DNA from: a virus
Reading direction: 5' to 3' (one strand)
Length of the DNA: 63,186 nucleotides
Virus record (IMG/VR): IMGVR_UViG_3300032144_000010
This document shows positions 25,686 through 32,564 of this stretch, piece by piece (within the stretch, counting starts at the first letter, position 1; every line of letters begins with the position of its first letter). The position numbers and the translations under genes are program-made. The notes under the pieces were generated by a model. The model searched no databases, had not been told where the DNA came from, and worked only from the letters and a program-made list of their open reading frames with translations.

Positions 25686-25889
25686 ATGTTCACCTACGAA
25701 GCCTCTCCGAACAGCGCCGTGACCCGAGATGCTATGGCTAGCTTCTGGCTCCAGCGCTACTGCGCGCGCGTGGACGTGGCCCGTTCGATCATGCACAATT
25801 CTGGCGTACCGTTCCCGGCCGCCATGGAAGCCGCCGAGGGCGTGATGAACCAGCAGTTCAACCAGTGGCTGTCGCAGGGCAAGCTGTGA
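25686..25889 (+). CDS. hypothetical protein (67 aa)
   Basis: ATG at 25686, 5 nt after the upstream stop. Confidence 0.5.
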   Translation: MFTYEASPNSAVTRDAMASFWLQRYCARVDVARSIMHNSGVPFPAAMEAAEGVMNQQFNQWLSQGKL

Positions 25890-27736
25890 AGACGATCACC
25901 GTCGATTTCGAGAGCTTCTGGTCGCAGGACTACACGCTGTCCAAGATGACGACGCAGGAGTACGTGCGCGACCCGCGCTTCCAGCTGATCGGCATGGGCT
26001 TCGCTGTTGGCAACGACCGCCCGCGCTACGTGAGCGGCCCCACCGACGTGATGCTGGCTGCGGCCGCGCTGCCATGGAGCGAGTCCGTCGTGATCGCGCA
26101 CAACGCGCAGTTCGATGGCGCGATACTCGAATGGCTGATCGGCTTCCACGCGCGCACCTACTTCTGCACGATGCAGGCAGCGAACGCGTGCGTAAAGCCA
26201 TGGACAGGTTCAGCATCGTTGGCCTCGTGCGCAACGTACTTCAACCTGCCAGAGAAGATGACCGGCATCCTGCAAGCCACGCGCGGGCTGCGCCACGAGC
26301 AGCTGACGCTGGAGCAACGGCGCGCGATGGCGGAATACTGCAAGCACGACGTGATGATTACGCGCGAATTGTTCCAGCGCATGCGCGACAAATTCAACGA
26401 AGACGAGACAGACCTGATCGACCTCACGATCAAGAAATACGTCCGGCCTAAAATCGTCCTGTCGCGCAAGCGCATCAAGGAAGCGCAATACGAACTGGAA
26501 CAGCGGCGCACCGCCCTGCTGACACAGCTGGGCGACGAGAAGTGGGCCAGCGCGACGATCTCCAGCAACGAGAAATTCGCCGAAGCGCTGCGTGCGCTCG
26601 GCGTCGAGCCGCCGATGAAAGTCAGCGGACGCACAGGCCAACAAACGTATGCGTTCGCCAAGACCGATCCTGATTTTCTTGAGCTACAGGAACACGATGA
26701 TCCCGACGTGCAGACGCTGGTGAACGTGCGCATCGGCGCGAAGTCCACGCTGGAGGAATCGCGACTGGAGAAGTTCCTGCGCATCGCCGACATCGACCCG
26801 GACCAGAAGCTCGCCGTGCCGCTCACCTACTACGGCGCGGGCACCGGGCGCATGAGCGCGCGCGACGGAATCAACCTACAGAACCTCACGAAGAAGTCGC
26901 CGATACGCGACTGCCTCACCGCGCCGCCCGGCTACAAGGTCGTGACGGCTGACCTCTCGCAGATCGAAGCACGCGTGCTGGCATGCATTGCGGGGCAGGA
27001 CGACCTTCTCGAAGAATTCGCTACTGGGGCCGACCCCTACTCGTCCTTTGCTACGGACCTGTACGGTGTGCCCGTCTCCAAGGAGGAGAACACGGACCTG
27101 CGTGACGTGGGCAAAGCAGCGATTCTCCAGCTTGGCTTCTACGCAGGCGTGAGCGGCTTCGACCGCTACTTGAAGACCAAAGCCAACAACCCGCAGCCGC
27201 TCGATGAAGTGGAGCGCATCGTCAACGCCTACCGTCGCCGGTACGGCCACATAGCCAAGCTGTGGAAGTGGATGGAGAAAACCGCCACGCCGGTCATCCT
27301 CGGCACGAACGGCGGCGCTACATGCGCGATTGCCAACTGCGTCTATTCCACCCATCAGCTGACGCTGCCTAACGGCATGCCGATCTACTATCCGCACGCG
27401 CGCCGGCAGCTGAACGGCGACGTGATCTACGACTCGTTCCGTGGCAAGAGCGGAGCCGTCAAGGAGGTAAAGCTATGGCCGGGCCTGCTGACCGAGAACA
27501 TCGTGCAAGCGCTGGCGAGGATCATCCTCTCGACCGCCGAAGTGAGTCTGGCACGCGCCGGGCTGCTCGCGGCCTTGCAGGTACACGACGAACTGGTATT
27601 CATCGTGAAGGAAGCGGCGGTGCGTGCGGTGTCATTGGCGCTGCGCCGGGCGATGACCCAGCGTGTTTCATGGATGCCGAATCTTCCCTTGGCATGCGAC
27701 ATCAAGGTAGGGAACACCTACAAGGAGGCAAAGTGA
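25886..27736 (+). CDS. family A DNA polymerase with 3'-5' exonuclease domain
   Basis: Exo motifs DFESFW, AHNAQFDGAIL and YCKHDVMITRELF. Pol motif A VVTADLSQIEARVLA, motif B RDVGKAAILQLGFYAG, motif C LQVHDELVF. GTGA overlap at 25886. Confidence 0.92.
   Translation: MKTITVDFESFWSQDYTLSKMTTQEYVRDPRFQLIGMGFAVGNDRPRYVSGPTDVMLAAAALPWSESVVIAHNAQFDGAILEWLIGFHARTYFCTMQAANACVKPWTGSASLASCATYFNLPEKMTGILQATRGLRHEQLTLEQRRAMAEYCKHDVMITRELFQRMRDKFNEDETDLIDLTIKKYVRPKIVLSRKRIKEAQYELEQRRTALLTQLGDEKWASATISSNEKFAEALRALGVEPPMKVSGRTGQQTYAFAKTDPDFLELQEHDDPDVQTLVNVRIGAKSTLEESRLEKFLRIADIDPDQKLAVPLTYYGAGTGRMSARDGINLQNLTKKSPIRDCLTAPPGYKVVTADLSQIEARVLACIAGQDDLLEEFATGADPYSSFATDLYGVPVSKEENTDLRDVGKAAILQLGFYAGVSGFDRYLKTKANNPQPLDEVERIVNAYRRRYGHIAKLWKWMEKTATPVILGTNGGATCAIANCVYSTHQLTLPNGMPIYYPHARRQLNGDVIYDSFRGKSGAVKEVKLWPGLLTENIVQALARIILSTAEVSLARAGLLAALQVHDELVFIVKEAAVRAVSLALRRAMTQRVSWMPNLPLACDIKVGNTYKEAK
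27625..27635 (+). repeat. copy of 11-mer TGCGGTGTCAT
   Basis: ggtgcgTGCGGTGTCATtggcg; in frame A-V-S. Confidence 0.9.
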
Positions 27737-27876
27737 AACTGGAGAGCGTTGATCCCGGCGGACGGCAAGTGCCGCTGTTCCGTGGGATGGATTGGTTCCT
27801 GCTCGGGTTTGCCACGGGCATGCTGGTGACGGGGACGGTAGTCGGCATCTGGCTGACGCTCGGCGCGCCTGCATGA
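27733..27876 (+). CDS. small single-pass membrane protein (47 aa, GTG start)
   Basis: AAGGAGG lies 5 nt upstream, with a GTGA overlap with polA. TM segment WFLLGFATGMLVTGTVVGIWLTL. Confidence 0.5.
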   Translation: MKLESVDPGGRQVPLFRGMDWFLLGFATGMLVTGTVVGIWLTLGAPA

Positions 27877-28052
27877 GCCTGTCAGACGCCTGCGATGCCG
27901 TCATGAAGGCCCGGCGCGAGTACCACGCCGCTGCGCAGGAATACGAGCGCGTGCAGTACAAGCTGGACGTTGCCCGCAACCAGCTGGAGAGCGCGCAGCG
28001 TGACTTCGACAACGCCGTGCGCACCTTCGCTGAAAAAGCCAATGTCGCATGA
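27873..28052 (+). CDS. small coiled-coil protein (59 aa)
   Basis: ATGA overlap at 27873. Confidence 0.5.
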   Translation: MSLSDACDAVMKARREYHAAAQEYERVQYKLDVARNQLESAQRDFDNAVRTFAEKANVA

Positions 28053-28233
28053 CGACCTCGCGCGCGAACTCAAGGAAGCGCAGCGGCTGCTCCAGCGGGC
28101 GAACCTGCTGTGGGCGGCGGGTTTGTTGCGCGGGCCGATCCGTGACCCGGACGATGCCAACGAGTGGATCGAGAACGTGCGCAAGTACGTCAAACGAACC
28201 GTGCGGACGAAGCGTACCGCAGAGGGAGAGTGA
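28042..28233 (+). CDS. small helical basic protein (63 aa)
   Basis: ATG at 28042 within ORF 27970..28233. Confidence 0.5.
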   Translation: MSHDDLARELKEAQRLLQRANLLWAAGLLRGPIRDPDDANEWIENVRKYVKRTVRTKRTAEGE

Positions 28234-28741
28234 GCCCAAGTTCAGAGTGAACCAATGCGTGGAGCGAGTCATTCAAGACGACAGTACCAGATGTAGCGAA
28301 CGAGCCAGTGGTGACGATAGCGCCTAATGAGGAAAGCGAGTCTGTACAGGTGGAGTGAACCATGGACCTCGAACGAGCCACTAGGTCATAGCGGACCGGA
28401 CAACAGGAGCGAGCCCATCAACCTGTGAGTACCAAGAACTGTAAGCGAGCCATTCAAGAGAAGCGCACCGTTGAGGATGAGCGAGACAACTTTTGGAGCG
28501 AGCCTTATAGGTGATCGAGTCAACCCCTTAGAGGGCACCATATAGAGTGAACGAGCCCTTTTTCGTGGAGAGTACCAATCGACGAGAGCGAGTCGTGTTA
28601 AGGAAGCGCACCGTGGGTGCTGAACGAGTCTGGAGCGACGAGCGGACCACCTTATGCGAACGAGTCAACATCCATGAGAGAACCCCGTTTCACGAACGAG
28701 CCATTGTCCCAATGAGAACCACCCAACCGGAGCGACCTGCA
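28228..28741 (+). repeat. array of about 15 units with ~36-bp period. Each unit has conserved GA(A/G)CGAG(C/T)C, a variable segment, a conserved G-N-N-N-ACC type element and a second variable segment. TIGR-like (tandem interspaced guide RNA) array candidate.
   Basis: Core starts at 28228, 28262, 28298, 28334, 28371, 28407, 28443, 28479, (28496), 28513, 28549, 28586, 28622, 28658, 28694, with a truncated copy at 28729. The second element's ACC lies 23-25 nt after each core start. No consistent reading frame runs across the array. Confidence 0.75.
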
Positions 28742-29563
28742 ATGAACGAAGACCTGCAACCTGTCATTCGTCTGAGCCGCGACATCGCGGAAGCGGCGAA
28801 GACGCTGTCCGATCAAGAAGCGCGTTATCTCGTGGACGCGTATTACATGATGCAAGAGGATCGCAAGCGCGCGCACAACCAAGTGCGTGCTATGACCACC
28901 CCGAATCCCGAAAGCGAGCAGCAGCCGGAGCCGCACACCGTCATCCACTGGCTGGCGGAGCAGTCGTCCACGCTGGAGAAGCAGATTCAGCGCGCGCTCG
29001 ACAAGTACACCGACGGCCACCCGATGGGATCGTGGATGCGCAGCGTGAAAGGCATCGGTCCCGTACTGAGCGCGGGTTTGCTGGCGCACATCGACATCAG
29101 CAAGGCACCCACCGTGGGCCACATCTGGCGCTTCGCCGGGCTCGACCCCACCACGAAGTGGAACAAGGGCCAGAAACGGCCGTGGAACGCCACGCTGAAG
29201 ACGCTGTGCTGGAAGATCGGCCAGTCGTTCATGAAGCTCTCCAATGACCCGGAGTGCTACTACGGGCGCATCTACCGTGAGCGGAAAGCCTACGAGCAGG
29301 CCCGTAATGGGACAGCAGCGGTAGCCGAAGCTGTCGCCGCCGGGCTCGCGAAAGTCGGCAAGGACACGGAGGCGTACAAGCACCTGTCCGCTGGCAACTT
29401 GCCGCCGGGCCAGATCGACGCCCGCGCGCGCCGCTACGCGGTGAAGCTGTTCCTGTCGCACATGCACGACCAGTGGTATCGCCAGCACTTCGGCACCGCG
29501 CCGCCGCTGCCGTATCCCATCGCGCACCTTGGTCATGTCCACTTCATCGAGCCGCCGAAGTAA
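28742..29563 (+). CDS. Tas-like / IS110 Tnp_20-like helix-hairpin-helix protein without a DEDD or other nuclease domain (274 aa)
   Basis: MRSVKGIGPVLSAGLLAHIDISKAPTVGHIWRFAGLDPTTKWNKGQKRPWNATLKTLCWKIG aligns by eye to the Tnp_20 consensus (sipGiG...a..llaeigd..rF.s...l.ayaGL.P...SG..). A coiled-coil-like region precedes it. GGAG lies 10 nt upstream of the ATG at 28742. The ORF track opens at GTG 28547 inside the array. Confidence 0.6.
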   Translation: MNEDLQPVIRLSRDIAEAAKTLSDQEARYLVDAYYMMQEDRKRAHNQVRAMTTPNPESEQQPEPHTVIHWLAEQSSTLEKQIQRALDKYTDGHPMGSWMRSVKGIGPVLSAGLLAHIDISKAPTVGHIWRFAGLDPTTKWNKGQKRPWNATLKTLCWKIGQSFMKLSNDPECYYGRIYRERKAYEQARNGTAAVAEAVAAGLAKVGKDTEAYKHLSAGNLPPGQIDARARRYAVKLFLSHMHDQWYRQHFGTAPPLPYPIAHLGHVHFIEPPK

Positions 29564-29595
29564 AACCACTACCTCCCCTGCATGGAGTAACGAAC

Positions 29596-30384
29596 ATGTC
29601 TGTCACTGCTTTCGTAGTAGATATAACCCCTGCTCTTGCTGAGCAGTGGTTGAAGATGAACACCAACAACCGCCTCGTGCGTGAAGCGCACGTCGTTGCT
29701 TTGTCGAAGGCCATGCTGGCTGGAGAGTGGAAGCTGAACGGCGACACCATACGCATGAACAGCAGCTTGCTGTTGGACGGCCAGCATCGGTTGATGGCTG
29801 TGGTGCGCTCCGGCGTAACAATCCAGTCCCTCGTGGTTACAGGCGTCAGCAGCGACGTTTTCGACACCATCGACAAGGGGCGCAAGCGCACCACCGGGGA
29901 CACTCTGCACTTGCGCGGAGAGAAGCACGCGTCGCTTCTTGCCGGGACGGCTCGCGCGCTGATCGAACTGGAATCGTGTTCCATGGTGATTCTGGCACGC
30001 AGCGACAAGGAGATCGTTGACTGCATCAATCGGCATCCGAGCGCGCGCGACGTCATATCACACAACTGCGGCACACGCGCGTTGCGCAAGTTGAAGATAT
30101 ACCCGCCGTCGCTGTACATGGCGATCAGGGTATTGGCTTCTGAGAAGGACAAGACGTTGGCGGACCTGTTCTTCGCGCACATCGACGACGGCGACGTGTT
30201 CCAGCCCGACGAACCGGTAAGTATCCTGCGCGAGCGCCTGATCGAAACGCGCTCTACCTCTCGTGCACACACGCGGGAAGCAGTAGCTATCCTTACCATC
30301 AAGGCGTGGAACGCCACGCGAGCGGGCAAGAAAGTTGGCGTTCTTCGCGCCCTTCGCGACGAATCCATTCCTGTTATCGCGTAA
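29596..30384 (+). CDS. ParB N-terminal (sulfiredoxin-fold) domain protein with DGQHR motif
   Basis: SLLLDGQHRLMAV motif. GGAGTAA lies upstream of the ATG at 29596. GC looks lower than the flanks by eye. Confidence 0.75.
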   Translation: MSVTAFVVDITPALAEQWLKMNTNNRLVREAHVVALSKAMLAGEWKLNGDTIRMNSSLLLDGQHRLMAVVRSGVTIQSLVVTGVSSDVFDTIDKGRKRTTGDTLHLRGEKHASLLAGTARALIELESCSMVILARSDKEIVDCINRHPSARDVISHNCGTRALRKLKIYPPSLYMAIRVLASEKDKTLADLFFAHIDDGDVFQPDEPVSILRERLIETRSTSRAHTREAVAILTIKAWNATRAGKKVGVLRALRDESIPVIA

Positions 30385-30402
30385 CTACCGGAGTAAAAAG
30401 CA

Positions 30403-30639
30403 ATGGAAGGTTGGCAGGAACGGTTGGTCCAAGAGGGCATCGAACTGAGCGCACGGCTGGAGAAGCTGTGCCTGTTCATCGGCTCCAAAGAGTGGTTCAA
30501 CATCAGCGACGAGGAACAGAAGCTGCTGTGGGCGCAACACGACGCCATGCAGAAGTATCGCACTGTCCTCTTGGCCCGCACGCGGAGGCTTCCCAATGGG
30601 CGCGCACATGAAGCTGAAGCACCCGGAGTACGCCGATGA
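30403..30639 (+). CDS. hypothetical helical protein (78 aa)
   Basis: ORF with ERLVQEGIELSARLEKLCLFIGS..F..ISDEEQKLLWAQHDAMQKYRTVLLAR, a pattern common in small phage proteins (memory). Confidence 0.55.
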   Translation: MEGWQERLVQEGIELSARLEKLCLFIGSKEWFNISDEEQKLLWAQHDAMQKYRTVLLARTRRLPNGRAHEAEAPGVRR

Positions 30640-30866
30640 CAAAGCGTGAACGGGAGCTACGCAAGAAACTACTGGACAACGGACTGGTCATCGACCGATT
30701 CAGCAGGACCGGTAACGTGCACTACCAAGCGCGTGTCACGGCTCCTGACGGTACCAAGTCCGTGATCCACTTCGGCTGCACGCCAAGCGACGTGCGCGCG
30801 GCCAAGAACGAACTGGCGACGATACGACAGCACGCGGAGGGACGACCCCATGGGCGACGTCGTTGA
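30636..30866 (+). CDS. hypothetical protein (76 aa)
   Basis: ATGA overlap at 30636. Confidence 0.5.
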   Translation: MTKRERELRKKLLDNGLVIDRFSRTGNVHYQARVTAPDGTKSVIHFGCTPSDVRAAKNELATIRQHAEGRPHGRRR

Positions 30867-31134
30867 CCTCGACTCGCAGCGCCCACACCTGCAAGGTCAG
30901 GCGCGCTGCGGCGGCTGCCAGCACAAATGGCAGGCAGTGGTTCCAGTCGGCACGGTGACGCACCTTGAGTGCCCCGCATGTCACCGGACGCTGGGCGTTA
31001 TGACGCAGCACGTCCTGCGTGGCGACGACGACAGCTGGCATTGGGTCTGCAAGTGCGGCTGCGACATGTTCCACATCCACGAGCAAGGCACCTACTGCGC
31101 CTCGTGCGGCAGCTACAAATGGGAGAAGACATGA
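30850..31134 (+). CDS. Cys-rich zinc-ribbon protein (94 aa)
   Basis: CGGC...CPAC...CKCGC...CASCG clusters. Confidence 0.55.
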   Translation: MGDVVDLDSQRPHLQGQARCGGCQHKWQAVVPVGTVTHLECPACHRTLGVMTQHVLRGDDDSWHWVCKCGCDMFHIHEQGTYCASCGSYKWEKT

Positions 31135-31385
31135 CTCAGGTTCTCGACATCGACGACGGCGAACTGCCGCCGGAAGACCTCACGCCGGTAGACCCGCGCG
31201 TGCTGAAGCAACGCGAACGCGAGGAGATCGAAGCGCAGACCAAGGCGTTCCTCGAACGCGGCGGGCAGGTCAAGAACCTCGACCCCGGCATGCAGGGGTA
31301 CGAGTTCATCACCAAGTACGCGCAGCCAAAGAAGGGCTCGCCGCGCAAATTCAACGCATCCGTGGTGCCTGCATGCACACCCTGA
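31131..31385 (+). CDS. hypothetical protein with acidic N-terminus (84 aa)
   Basis: ATGA overlap at 31131. Confidence 0.5.
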   Translation: MTQVLDIDDGELPPEDLTPVDPRVLKQREREEIEAQTKAFLERGGQVKNLDPGMQGYEFITKYAQPKKGSPRKFNASVVPACTP

Positions 31386-31621
31386 CGATCTTCTACTGCA
31401 CAGTGCAGATCACGGTGTACCACACGCGCTCGCCGGCCAATGCCGGAAGCAGTCTCGTTGACACGGCGAAGATGCCCGGCAGCGAAGCCGCGACGATCAC
31501 GGAGCAGCACGGCTACTTCATCACCGCCTACGACGAGCAGTTGGCGCGCAACGCTATGTACGAGATGTTCGGCAACGGTGCACGAGTCAACGTCACGCCA
31601 TGCGGGAGCGCGTTGCTATGA
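31373..31621 (+). CDS. hypothetical protein (82 aa)
   Basis: ATG at 31373 within ORF 31019..31621. Confidence 0.45.
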   Translation: MHTLTIFYCTVQITVYHTRSPANAGSSLVDTAKMPGSEAATITEQHGYFITAYDEQLARNAMYEMFGNGARVNVTPCGSALL

Positions 31622-31914
31622 CTCAGACACCCGAAGGCAAAGTCAAAGACGCAGTGAAAGCCGTGCTGGGAAAATACGGCGTTTTCTACTCGATGCCCGT
31701 GCAAACCGGCTATGGCAGCTGTATGCTGGATTTCCATCCGTGCTTCCTGCGCGGCGTTGGATTCTGCATCGAAACCAAGGCTCCCGGCGGCCGGCTGACG
31801 CCCCGGCAAGCGAACGTGATCGAGTTGCTCCACGCGCAGCAGATTCGCACGTTCGTCATCCGGGACGCGGTGACGCTGAACGACCTTCGGTTGTTCTTGG
31901 AGGCTATTCCGTGA
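31618..31914 (+). CDS. VRR-NUC domain nuclease
   Basis: GSCMLDFHPCFLRGVGFCIETKAPGGRLTPRQANVIELL fits the D...(E)xK ...Q pattern of VRR-NUC. ATGA overlap at 31618. Confidence 0.7.
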   Translation: MTQTPEGKVKDAVKAVLGKYGVFYSMPVQTGYGSCMLDFHPCFLRGVGFCIETKAPGGRLTPRQANVIELLHAQQIRTFVIRDAVTLNDLRLFLEAIP

Positions 31915-32564
31915 CGGCATGGGCGATCTCCGGGCTCAAAGACTACGAACTCTGCCCGCGCAAGTATCATGAGGAACGTGTCCTCAAGAGAGTAGAGCGG
32001 GTCTACAACGCCAAGGGCGACGACGGCAAGGACAAGCACAAGGCCATCGAGAACTACTTCGTCGAGGAGCGGCCGCTGCCGCCGACGCTGAACGCTCACG
32101 CGCGCGTGCTGTCGCTGATCCGCGACAAGCTGGAAGGCATGGAGTTGTTCCCCGAAGTAAAGCTCGGCGTGACGCAGCTACTCACGCCCTGCGACTTCTG
32201 GGACGACCTGTGCTGGGCGCGCGGGGTCGCAGACCTCGTCGCCGTGGCGAAGAACGCGCTCATCGTGCTGGACTGGAAGACCGGTCGGCCGAACGACGAC
32301 TTCGACCAGCTGGCGCTCATGGCGCTGATGCTGTTCGCCAAGTACCCGCACATCAACGAAGTACGCGCTGGGTACTACTGGATGAAGGAAATGCGCCTTG
32401 CCCCGCGTATCTTCTACCGCCGCGAGTGGACTGGCCTGTGGGGCGACTTCGTGCAGCGCGCCGAGCGCATGCTGTCGGATACGCGCTTCCACCCGCGCAC
32501 GAACTTCCTGTGCAAGAAGTGGTGTCCTGTGAAAACCTGCCCCTACAACGGAGCCAACGCATGA
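31911..32564 (+). CDS. PD-(D/E)XK (Cas4/RecB-like) nuclease with C-terminal Cys cluster
   Basis: ADLVAV...LIVLDWKTG (D...D/ExK) and CKKWCPVKTC at the C-terminus. GGAGG upstream, with a GTGA overlap at 31911. Confidence 0.65.
   Translation: MTAWAISGLKDYELCPRKYHEERVLKRVERVYNAKGDDGKDKHKAIENYFVEERPLPPTLNAHARVLSLIRDKLEGMELFPEVKLGVTQLLTPCDFWDDLCWARGVADLVAVAKNALIVLDWKTGRPNDDFDQLALMALMLFAKYPHINEVRAGYYWMKEMRLAPRIFYRREWTGLWGDFVQRAERMLSDTRFHPRTNFLCKKWCPVKTCPYNGANA

Noticed and set aside
25886-27736. DpoZ-type polymerase / 2-aminoadenine (Z) genome
   Set aside because: No purZ, datZ or mazZ-like genes occur anywhere in the window. It is an ordinary family-A polymerase with a 3'-5' exonuclease domain.
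28228-28741. Canonical CRISPR array
   Set aside because: The period is ~36 bp in total, not repeat plus spacer of ~60-70 bp. The conserved parts are only 5-9 nt and degenerate. No cas genes are present in the genome.
28742-29563. IS110-family transposase / insertion sequence
   Set aside because: Only the coiled-coil plus Tnp_20-like helix-hairpin-helix part is present. The N-terminal DEDD (RuvC-like) catalytic domain is missing, and the SG-type serine position reads KWNKG. No IS ends or target duplications are visible. Not called a mobile element.
28547-29563. The 338-aa ORF-track version of the Tas-like gene as the primary gene model
   Set aside because: Its first 65 codons are array units. 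The frame is closed just upstream, and a good GGAG-ATG start exists at 28742. It is kept only as an alternative in the findings.
9983-30384. Lysogeny or plasmid-prophage module (RHH regulator plus ParB-like protein)
   Set aside because: No integrase, CI/Cro-type repressor, ParA, protelomerase or plasmid Rep was recognised. The ParB-like protein stands alone, so no temperate lifestyle is claimed.
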